Below, piece by piece: positions 57,403 through 64,000 of a stretch of DNA of 64,000 nt. Both the position numbers and the translations under genes were made by a program. The notes below the pieces were generated by a model. That model saw only the letters and a list, made by a program, of their open reading frames with translations, made no database searches and was not told the DNA's origin. The stretch is from an uncultured bacterium. Lineage in GTDB: Bacteria > Bacillota_I > Bacilli_A > RF39 > UBA660. How positions within the stretch are numbered: position 1 is the stretch's first letter; every line of letters starts with the position of its first letter. The DNA is taken from the NCBI GenBank assembly GCA_959020415.1, contig CAUERX010000003.1, forward strand, positions 5,783 through 69,782, written 5' to 3'.

Positions 57403-57876
57403 ATGGAAGAAAAATTAAGAAAACTAATTCAAAAATTTACTTTGGAAAATAAAACTATTAGTACAATGGAATCATGTATTGGTGGCGGCCTAGTCAATGC
57501 TTTTACAAATATTGAAGGCGCTAGTGAAGTAATAAAGTTTAGTGCGGTTACTTATTCTAATGAATACAAAATTAAAATGGGCGTTTCTAAAGAAATAATT
57601 GATAAATATACAGTTTATAGTAAAGAGACAGCTGAAGCTATGGCTAAGACAATTGCTAAATTTACTAATAGTAATTATGGCATTGGGATAACTGGAAAGT
57701 TAAACAGGGTAGATCACTATAATTTAAATGGCAATGATAATGAAGTTTTTATTAGTATTTATAATAATGATAAAAATGTTTTTGATACTTTTAGTTTGAT
57801 TGTTACAAAAGGCTCACGAAAGGATAATAAGGAAGATGTTATTGCCGAAATTTTAAGGCATTTGGCTAATTGCTAA
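57403..57876 (+). CDS. pncC: CinA-C-terminal-domain protein / NMN amidohydrolase
   Basis: The TMESCIGGGL motif is typical of PncC/CinA-C. Start at ATG 57403 after a GGAGGA RBS. Confidence 0.75.
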   Translation: MEEKLRKLIQKFTLENKTISTMESCIGGGLVNAFTNIEGASEVIKFSAVTYSNEYKIKMGVSKEIIDKYTVYSKETAEAMAKTIAKFTNSNYGIGITGKLNRVDHYNLNGNDNEVFISIYNNDKNVFDTFSLIVTKGSRKDNKEDVIAEILRHLANC

Positions 57877-57924
57877 AGATAGTTAAAATATGTTATAATC
57901 ATTTTAGAAACAAGAGGCGATAAA

Positions 57925-58767
57925 ATGTATAAATCAGAGGAAGAATTTTTAAAATCTTATAATCCAGATGATTATGATAGATTATCTTTAACAACGGATA
58001 TTTTATTATTTAGTGTGTCATCAAAACCTGAAGAGAATTACCGAAAACTTAGTAAAAAATATTTTAGTATTTTGCTTGTTAAAAGGGAAACTTATCCTTA
58101 TAAAGATAAATGGTGTTTACCGGGTGGATTTGTTTTGATTGACGAAGATTTAGAAGCTGCACCTAAACGTATTTTAGCAAAGGAAACAAATCTTCATAAT
58201 ATTTATATGGAACAATTATATACCTTTGGTGACGTTTATAGGGATCCTAGGATGAGAATTATATCGACAGCTTATATGGCTTTGGTTGATAAAAATCAAT
58301 TAACAGAAACAATAACCCCAAATTCTTCATGGTTTGATGTAACAGTAATGGAGGATAACAATAGATTAGATATAATTTTAGATAATGATAATAATGTTCA
58401 CATGCATATTAAATATGAAAGAGTTTTGGAGGATGCAACAACAGGAAGGTATAGTTTTAAGGTTATTCATAATGATGATTTAGCGTTTGATAATGCTTTA
58501 GTTATTTTAACAGGAATTGAGCGCCTAAAGAATAAAATTGAATATACTGATATTGTGTTTAATATGATGCCTAAATATTTTACCTTGGGAGAGTTGCAAC
58601 AAGTTTATGAAGTTATTTTAGGTAAAAAACTTTTAGACCCGGCGTTTAGAAGAATTATTAGTAATAAGGTTATTAAAACTGATAAGGTTAAAAAAGGAGA
58701 AGGACATAGGCCATCAGCATTATTCATGTATAAGGAGAATAATCATGAGGAAGATAAACAGAGTTAA
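57925..58767 (+). CDS. nrtR: NrtR-like regulator (degenerate Nudix domain + C-terminal winged helix)
   Basis: Nudix-like GGFVLIDEDLEAAPKRILAKETNL with the REx2EE box degenerated. About 90-aa C-terminal wHTH region. Lies within the NAD cluster. Confidence 0.7.
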   Translation: MYKSEEEFLKSYNPDDYDRLSLTTDILLFSVSSKPEENYRKLSKKYFSILLVKRETYPYKDKWCLPGGFVLIDEDLEAAPKRILAKETNLHNIYMEQLYTFGDVYRDPRMRIISTAYMALVDKNQLTETITPNSSWFDVTVMEDNNRLDIILDNDNNVHMHIKYERVLEDATTGRYSFKVIHNDDLAFDNALVILTGIERLKNKIEYTDIVFNMMPKYFTLGELQQVYEVILGKKLLDPAFRRIISNKVIKTDKVKKGEGHRPSALFMYKENNHEEDKQS

Positions 58768-59548
58768 AATTATTGCAGGTACGCAAAATAAATCTAAAAA
58801 AATTAAAACTGATTTAGAAAAGATTTTAAATGAATATAATTTTGAAATTAATGATACTTTATATGATTTGGTGATTGCAATTGGTGGCGATGGAACTTTT
58901 ATCAATGCGGTTCGTGAACTTCGCTTTGATAGTAATATTTATTATGTGGGTATTAATACGGGGACTTTAGGGTTTTTGCAAGAGACTAATCCAGAGGAAC
59001 TTGAAAATTTTGTTAAAAGATTAAATAACGATGAGTTTAAAACGGAGAAAATTGGTTTACAAGAAACTGAAGTTATTACTAAAGAAGGTAGTTTTCGCTT
59101 TTTCTCATTAAATGAGATTGTTATTAGGGATTACAAATTTAAAACAACATTTTTAGTTGTTAAAGTAAACGATGAGTTGTTAGAGGAATTTGCCGGTGAT
59201 GGGTTATTAATAGCAACGTCATTAGGTTCGACTGCTTATAATGCGAGTTTAGGGGGAGCAATGATTGGTTCTGGAATTCATACTGTTCAAATAACACCAA
59301 TAGCGCCTTTAGTAAATCATGCATATCATAGTCTTAAAAATTCATTAGTGTTACCTGAACATAATATAATAACAATTGAACCTAGTCATGTGAAGGACAA
59401 TGATTTATTAGTTATCGTCGATGGAGTAGAAGATGTTTATAAAGATGTTATTCATGTTACTACTAAAGCAGGGGATAAACATATTACTTGTCTTAGATTG
59501 AATGATTATAATTTTACTAATCGTATTCATGCTAAATTTTTAAAGTAA
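58745..59548 (+). CDS. nadK: NAD kinase
   Basis: IGGDGTF motif and the GDGLLIATSLGSTAYNASLGG motif. Confidence 0.92.
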   Translation: MRKINRVKIIAGTQNKSKKIKTDLEKILNEYNFEINDTLYDLVIAIGGDGTFINAVRELRFDSNIYYVGINTGTLGFLQETNPEELENFVKRLNNDEFKTEKIGLQETEVITKEGSFRFFSLNEIVIRDYKFKTTFLVVKVNDELLEEFAGDGLLIATSLGSTAYNASLGGAMIGSGIHTVQITPIAPLVNHAYHSLKNSLVLPEHNIITIEPSHVKDNDLLVIVDGVEDVYKDVIHVTTKAGDKHITCLRLNDYNFTNRIHAKFLK

Positions 59549-59576
59549 AAAAGACTCATGTTGAATCTTTTTTGTA

Positions 59577-60062
59577 TTATAGCTCAATTAGTTTATATTT
59601 GTAATTTAGCTCTTTAATAAATTTAAACATATCATCCATAGATATAAAGAAAGTTGCGGTGTTATCGTTAGGGTGGAATGTAATAATTTTTTCATTTAAT
59701 AATTCTTTATCAATATAAATTTCAATGTCATGTTCTTGGTTATTAATTAGCCCAAAAAGAGAGACCATTCCAGGCACTAGACCTAATTTTTCTTGCAGTT
59801 TTTCTTCAGAACCAAAGTGTAATCTATCACCAATTAATTCTCCAACTTTTTTAAGCTCTAATCTCTTGTGATCGTCCATGATGATTAAATAGAAACGACG
59901 ATCTTTTTTACCAGCCATAAATAATGTTTTAGATGGAACGCCTTCTTTTCCTTCGATAGCTTTATCGGCTTCTTCTGTTGTCCAAACGGCACCATGATTA
60001 ACTTCTTCAAATTTTATATTCATTTTGTTTAAAGTGTTAATAACCAGCTCTTTTTGATTCAC
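59577..60062 (-). CDS. YbaK/ProX-type aminoacyl-tRNA editing domain protein
   Basis: 161 aa with a KTLFM...GLVPGMVSLFGL pattern, typical of free-standing prolyl-tRNA-synthetase-associated domains. Confidence 0.65.
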   Translation of the reverse strand: MNQKELVINTLNKMNIKFEEVNHGAVWTTEEADKAIEGKEGVPSKTLFMAGKKDRRFYLIIMDDHKRLELKKVGELIGDRLHFGSEEKLQEKLGLVPGMVSLFGLINNQEHDIEIYIDKELLNEKIITFHPNDNTATFFISMDDMFKFIKELNYKYKLIEL

Positions 60063-60204
60063 TTTATCAACTCCTTATTCGAATTATAGCATAAAACAAA
60101 TGGTTAGAAAACACATATATCTTAATTTGATTATAATTTTTTATAATTTTGATTCAAAAATATTGTTAATTAAAAAAGAAAATGATATAATTAAAAAGTC
60201 AGAT

Positions 60205-60245
60205 GTCTCTGTAACTCAATTGGTAGAGCAATTGACTCTTAATCA
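60205..60245 (+). pseudogene. 5'-half fragment of tRNA-Lys(CTT)
   Basis: GTCTCTGTAACTCAATTGGTAGAGCAATTGACTCTTAATCA matches the intact gene 72 nt downstream through the anticodon arm, with 3 mismatches, then diverges. Confidence 0.75.
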
Positions 60246-60276
60246 GTCGCCTAGTTAATAGGACAAAATTTTATAT

Positions 60277-60352
60277 GTCTCCGTAGCTCAGTTGGTAGAG
60301 CAATTGACTCTTAATCAATGGGTCCACGGTTCGAGCCCGTGCGGGGACACCA
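60277..60352 (+). tRNA. tRNA-Lys (anticodon CTT), CCA encoded
   Basis: A cloverleaf can be drawn. Acceptor GTCTCCG/CGGGGAC, anticodon loop CT-CTT-AA, T-arm CACGG-TTCGAGC-CCGTG, discriminator A, then CCA. Confidence 0.9.
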
Positions 60353-60447
60353 AGGTGATATTAAAAGCTTCTAAATTGAAGCTTTTTTCTATATTATATA
60401 GTAATAAATAACGAATATTATGGTATAATGATAGCAAGAGGAATAGC

Positions 60448-60867
60448 ATGAAAGAAGTACAAAATGTTAGTGAACCTGTTGCAACAAATAAGGAATATCC
60501 AATCTTATATGGTTTTGGAGATACTTACTGTAAAACTGTAGATGAACTTTCTCAACACATGAATGCTGAAGAGGGTTATTTATCTTATTTAACCACATAT
60601 AAATATATTGGTCCTTATGAAGGACGAGAGGATGTAATCATTCAGCAACAACTTGGGGGAATAGGACGTTGTATTACAGCGACTGATGAAAATACTTATG
60701 AAAGTTTTTGCGTTCGTAATGGGGAATGGAAACAGAAAATCGGAAGTTTGGAAGATGTGTATAAAGCTTTTAACCATTATTATGGCATTGAAATGGATGA
60801 TGATGTTTTTCAAGATGCCAAAGAGCGTCGTCATAAAGTAAAAGAGATTTGCGAATCATTTAAATAA
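60448..60867 (+). CDS. Hypothetical 139-aa protein
   Basis: ORF with a weak RBS. No family recognised. Confidence 0.5.
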   Translation: MKEVQNVSEPVATNKEYPILYGFGDTYCKTVDELSQHMNAEEGYLSYLTTYKYIGPYEGREDVIIQQQLGGIGRCITATDENTYESFCVRNGEWKQKIGSLEDVYKAFNHYYGIEMDDDVFQDAKERRHKVKEICESFK

Positions 60868-60929
60868 TAGGGCATGGTAACAGGTGAAAATAAAGCTCCT
60901 TCATATAATAGGGTGAAAGGAGTTTTATT

Positions 60930-61343
60930 ATGGAAGATAATTTATTAACTCCACTAGGAACGTTTGAAGAAAAAAGAATTGGGTGTGACGGACCTTTTTG
61001 TTGCGGTTCTAATGAAGATGCTCATTTTATTATTAGTAATGCAAATTTAGTTAATTCAACTATTATGGGTACAGCTATTATTAATGATTGCTGTCCATGC
61101 ATTAAAGTGGCTATTGGGGCATGTATTAAGCTTTGTAAAGGAAATCAGTTTATTGCACAAACGAGTACTAATGCATGTGGTAATTATAAATTCACTGGTA
61201 TATTACCTGGATGTTATACTTTAGTTGGTTATAGAAAAGGACTTTGTGTAGTAAGAAAGCAGATTATGATTAATGAAGATAATAGTATTTATATGCTTCA
61301 TCTCTTGTTTGATCGTGATGAAAAAAATGACTGCGATAAGTAG
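60930..61343 (+). CDS. Cys-rich hypothetical protein with carboxypeptidase-regulatory-like beta-sandwich signature
   Basis: CGNYKFTGILPGCYTLVGYRKG resembles CarboxypepD_reg-type repeats. 14 Cys in 137 aa. GGAG RBS. Confidence 0.5.
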   Translation: MEDNLLTPLGTFEEKRIGCDGPFCCGSNEDAHFIISNANLVNSTIMGTAIINDCCPCIKVAIGACIKLCKGNQFIAQTSTNACGNYKFTGILPGCYTLVGYRKGLCVVRKQIMINEDNSIYMLHLLFDRDEKNDCDK

Positions 61344-62021
61344 TCATTTTATTTTGTTTAAATATTCGAGTATATAGTTATAGCAGTTTTCAAATAGTTC
61401 TTCTAATTCTTCTTCGGTAAACATTTGATAATTTTCTTTGTTATATTTATTTTGACTATTTATTAATTTGTTTATCTTATGAATAGTTCTATCAAGGTCT
61501 TCTTTGGTTAGTGGGCATTCTTTTATTTTTAGAGCATTTTCTAAAGTCATATTATTTTTATCAATTTTAGGCCCTAATTTTTTATCATTAATTATTTTTT
61601 GACCAAATAATTTAAAATCGTTTTGTTTAATTTGCCAAGGCGTTATATTTTCGTCTTTTAAGATACTACCATCTTTTAAGATGGTTACTCTTTGGTCGTT
61701 TTTAATGATAATATGGTGTTTGTGGGTATATGTATTATAATAACTATCGGTTATTAAATGGACAAGGTAGCCGGTAATTATATCCCTGGTCAATTGTTCT
61801 TTATAATTATTTATAAAATAATCAATATCAATCTTAAATTTTTTCTTAGCTTGATTTAGTCTATAATGGGTTATGCTTGAGTCAACAATGGAACTAGGAT
61901 TTTCGATTTCATAGCCATTTAAAACATCAGGAAGAACATTACCAATAATAAAATCATTGCTAAAATTTAATTCTTTATTAAGCTTATTTGCCATAGCTAG
62001 ATGAATTGGCCAAGAGGGCAT
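61344..62021 (-). CDS. Hypothetical protein (possible metal-dependent hydrolase; uncertain)
   Basis: Start moved to ATG 62021 (MPSWPIHLAMANK...) with an AAGGAAG RBS. The longer track ORF begins at a TTG with no RBS. Confidence 0.55.
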   Translation of the reverse strand: MPSWPIHLAMANKLNKELNFSNDFIIGNVLPDVLNGYEIENPSSIVDSSITHYRLNQAKKKFKIDIDYFINNYKEQLTRDIITGYLVHLITDSYYNTYTHKHHIIIKNDQRVTILKDGSILKDENITPWQIKQNDFKLFGQKIINDKKLGPKIDKNNMTLENALKIKECPLTKEDLDRTIHKINKLINSQNKYNKENYQMFTEEELEELFENCYNYILEYLNKIK

Positions 62022-62153
62022 ATAATCACTTCCTTTACAAAAATTATAACATATTTTCTGTATAAATATCTTGATAAATTGTTTTTTATGTGATAGAATA
62101 ATATAGAAATTTTGATATTTATACAAAACTTAAAAAAAATTTATGCAAAATAC

Positions 62154-62182
62154 TTGTCAAATTTCATAAAATAAGGTATACT
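62154..62182 (+). promoter_or_regulatory. Sigma-A promoter of the tRNA / T-box / gatCAB unit
   Basis: TTGTCA (62154-59), a 17-nt spacer, then TATACT (62177-82), 18 nt before tRNA-Ile. Confidence 0.65.
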
Positions 62183-62199
62183 TATAAAGTCGATTAGAT

Positions 62200-62276
<77 letters not shown>

Positions 62277-62285
62277 TTTTTATTT

Positions 62286-62362
62286 GGTCCGTTGGTGAAG
62301 CGGTTTAACACACATGCCTTTCACGCATGCATTCACGGGTTCAAATCCCGTACGGACTACCA
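62286..62362 (+). tRNA. tRNA-Glu (anticodon TTC), CCA encoded
   Basis: GGTCCGT acceptor, anticodon stem CATGC/GCATG with loop CT-TTC-AC, T-arm ACGGG-TTCAAAT-CCCGT. Confidence 0.88.
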
Positions 62363-62394
62363 AAATTTGTTTTTAAGTTAATTTTATATAAATA

Positions 62395-62648
62395 CGAAGA
62401 AGTGGAAGAGTAATATTTGAACCCTTATTCCTAGAAAGCTAGAACGATGGAAGCTAGCAATAAGCCAAATATGAAAAACACCACGGAGTAATTTGTCTGA
62501 AGTAATAGTAGGATAAGTCGGCTGTAATCCGTTACCATATTATAAGTTTCTTAAGAAACTATAAAGAGATCACGCAAGTGATAAGTAAGGTGGTACCGCG
62601 AATTACAGTTTTTCGTCCTTATAACAAGGGATGTTTGGCTGTTTTTTT
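62395..62648 (+). promoter_or_regulatory. T-box riboswitch leader, probable Asn (AAC) specifier
   Basis: T-box sequence AAGGTGGTACCGCG (62587-600). An antiterminator can be drawn: AAGG/CCTT, a 7-nt bulge TGGTACC, and GCGAA/TTCGT. It competes with the terminator hairpin at 62606-41 plus T7. The specifier context GAAA-AAC-A (AAC at 62477-79) sits next to the stem I closing pair GTGG/CCAC. Confidence 0.8.
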
Positions 62649-62657
62649 ATTATATTT

Positions 62658-62733
62658 GCCTAATTAGCTCGGTTGGTAGAGCAAACGGCTGTTAACCGTT
62701 GGGTCGTAGGTTCGAGTCCTACATTAGGCGCCA
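62658..62733 (+). tRNA. tRNA-Asn (anticodon GTT) copy 1
   Basis: Acceptor GCCTAAT/ATTAGGC, loop CT-GTT-AA, discriminator G, then CCA. Confidence 0.9.
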
Positions 62734-62738
62734 TTTCT

Positions 62739-62814
62739 GCTCAATTAGCTCAGTTGGTAGAGCAAACGGCTGTTAACCGTTGGGTCGTAGGTTCGAGTCC
62801 TACATTGAGCGCCA
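62739..62814 (+). tRNA. tRNA-Asn (anticodon GTT) copy 2
   Basis: The body is essentially the same as copy 1 (one D-loop base differs). Acceptor GCTCAAT/ATTGAGC shows compensatory changes. Confidence 0.9.
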
Positions 62815-62819
62815 CATAT

Positions 62820-62895
62820 GCCTGATTAGCTCAGTTGGTAGAGCAAACGGCTGTTAACCGTTGGGTCGTAGGTTCGAGTCCTACATCAGGCGCCA
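62820..62895 (+). tRNA. tRNA-Asn (anticodon GTT) copy 3
   Basis: Identical body to copy 2. Acceptor GCCTGAT/ATCAGGC. Confidence 0.9.
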
Positions 62896-62935
62896 CTTTG
62901 TTAATAAATAAAGGAAGCTTTATTTAATTATAGTA

Positions 62936-62968
62936 GGGCGTAGGTATATATCCTACTGCCCGTTTTTT
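62936..62968 (+). terminator. Hairpin + T6 between the tRNA-Asn array and gatC
   Basis: GGGCGTAGG-tatatat-CCTAC(t)GCCC-G-TTTTTT. It ends 19 nt before the gatC ATG. Confidence 0.6.
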
Positions 62969-62986
62969 GTATAAGGAGGTATTTCA

Positions 62987-63292
62987 ATGGGAGAAAGTGC
63001 AAAATTTACGAAAGAAATGGTCGATGATTATGCAGATAAGTTATTAATTGGTTTAACACCGGAAGAAAATAAACAGGTTTTAGATGAATTTGAAATCATT
63101 GATGCAAATATTGATTTAATTAATGAAATTCCAGATATTTCAAAGGTTAAACCAATGACACATGCACTTGATAATTTTGAGTGTAGTTTTAGGGAAGATG
63201 TAGTGGAAGAATCGATATCAATTGAAGATTTACTTGCAAACTGTGATGAATCTGATGATGGTGAAGTTGAAGTACCAAGGATGGTGGGATAG
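62987..63292 (+). CDS. gatC: Asp/Glu-tRNA(Asn/Gln) amidotransferase subunit C
   Basis: 101 aa with a GatC-like DEFEIIDANIDLINE...VKPMTH pattern. AAGGAGG RBS. Followed by gatA. Confidence 0.85.
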   Translation: MGESAKFTKEMVDDYADKLLIGLTPEENKQVLDEFEIIDANIDLINEIPDISKVKPMTHALDNFECSFREDVVEESISIEDLLANCDESDDGEVEVPRMVG

Positions 63293-63294
63293 TA

Positions 63295-64000
63295 TGGAAT
63301 ATATGAGTAAAAGTATATTAGAAATTCATGAAGCCTTGAAAAATGGTGAAGTTACTAGTGAAGAATTAGTAAAAGAGTCAATTTCAAAATCGCATGAAGT
63401 TAATGAAAAATGTAATGCTTTTGTAACTATATTGGACGATGCTAAAGGCAGTGAAGTAACTGAAGATTTACTTTCAGGAATTCCTTATGGTGTTAAAGAT
63501 AACTATAGTACAAAAGATGTTTTAAGTACAGGTTCATCAAATACTTTAAAAGACTATGTGCCTTTCTTTAGTGCAACAGCAATTGAAAATTTAGAAAAAC
63601 ACGGAGCTGTGATGGTTAATAAAACAGTACTAGATGAATTTGGTATGGGTGGAACTGGAACAACAGGTCATACAGGGATCGTAAGAAATCCTTGGGATAC
63701 TTCTAGAATGTGTTCAGGTTCATCAGCTGGAAGTGCCGCAGCTGTAGCAGCGGGAGTTTATCCATATGCAACAGGTAGCGATACAGGTGATTCGATTAGA
63801 AAGCCAGCAGCTTATTGTGGTATTGTTGGATATAAACCAACTTATGGGATGATTTCTCGTTATGGATTATTTCCGTTTGCTAGTAGTTTAGATCACTGTG
63901 GGGCATTAACGAGAACAGTTGAGGACGCGGCTATCGTTGTTGATGCGATGAAGGGTATTGATGCAAACGACATGACATCATGGGATTCAAAAGATATTAA
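63295..64000 (+). CDS. gatA: Asp/Glu-tRNA(Asn/Gln) amidotransferase subunit A (5' part; continues beyond window)
   Basis: Not in the ORF track because it is truncated. MEYMSKSILEIHEALKNGEV... with the amidase signature GGTGTTG...GSSAGSAAAVAAG...GSDTGDSIRKPAA. Confidence 0.9.

Noticed and set aside
179-60834. Antisense or alternate-frame ORFs in the supplied track: 179-466(-), 1618-1824(-), 2071-2325(-), 3123-3305(+), 6048-6359(+), 6056-6253(-), 7544-7771(-), 14324-14557(-), 14675-14992(-), 15789-16103(-), 18554-18742(-), 26791-26985(+), 29715-29906(+), 33748-33960(-), 34327-34530(-), 36649-36876(-), 39939-40127(-), 40828-41118(-), 42189-42398(+), 43851-44108(-), 44778-44966(-), 46581-46766(-), 56276-56527(-), 58720-58905(-), 60589-60834(-)
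   Set aside because: Each lies inside or across a much longer ORF with clear family signatures. They have low-complexity or hydrophobic shadow-type translations, no RBS, and no recognisable motifs. They are typical AT-rich-genome shadow ORFs.
62477-62479. Reading the T-box specifier as AAA (Lys) instead of AAC (Asn)
   Set aside because: Kept only as a caveat. The AAC register places the conserved purine (A62480) right after the codon and directly before the stem I closing CCAC, and the downstream genes are tRNA-Asn and gatCAB. The UGGU bulge would, however, suit a tRNA with discriminator A slightly better.

Overview
Chromosomal segment from a low-GC, spore-forming Firmicute. The gene content looks Clostridia- or Erysipelotrichia-like, but the organism cannot be named from sequence alone.

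**Layout**
- **1-24.2 kb:** co-directional housekeeping block. It holds a sigma-factor 3' end, a pseudopilin, sodA, spoVAC/D/E, uvrA, a DD-carboxypeptidase, a YqeG-type HAD, deoD, an M16 peptidase pair, secG, rlmN-stp-prkC-rsgA-rpe, a second pseudopilin, PFOR and recG.
- **24.36-35.11 kb:** a ~10.7-kb integrative mobilizable element (IME), visibly more AT-rich than its flanks. It carries a tyrosine integrase, a MobV relaxase, a RepA-like ATPase and small DNA-binding proteins. It is bounded by a 12-bp direct repeat (CCCCCTGAAGGC) with CTACCCATCA arm repeats, and appears inserted into the terminator of a promoter-driven candidate sRNA downstream of recG.
- **35.1-45.8 kb:** accessory and decaying region. 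It contains a MerR-cupin(frameshifted)-flavodoxin-DUF362 unit, ogt, a nonsense-interrupted SAP-like gene, and IS256 and IS1182 transposase debris. A 3.4-kb block here is flanked by a 23-bp perfect direct repeat.
- **45.8-52.7 kb:** NfeD/SPFH pair, a MacB-like ABC transporter and msrAB.
- **52.8-59.5 kb:** NAD salvage operon (pncA-pncB-nadE-radical SAM-nadD-pncC-nrtR-nadK) with palindromic candidate operators.
- **60.2-64.0 kb:** tRNA-Lys plus a 5'-half fragment. Then one promoter drives tRNA-Ile, tRNA-Glu, a T-box leader, three tRNA-Asn genes, a hairpin terminator and gatC-gatA.

**Main candidates**
- The best candidate for a new system is the IME cargo operon: XRE regulator, Dam-type methylase, PD-ExK nuclease-like protein, a 711-aa PHP-phosphoesterase::Rad50/SbcC-like ABC ATPase fusion, and a translationally coupled small acidic protein.
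- The second most interesting item is the T-box sitting immediately upstream of tRNA-Asn genes and gatCAB.

No CRISPR array, rRNA gene or prophage structural genes were seen.
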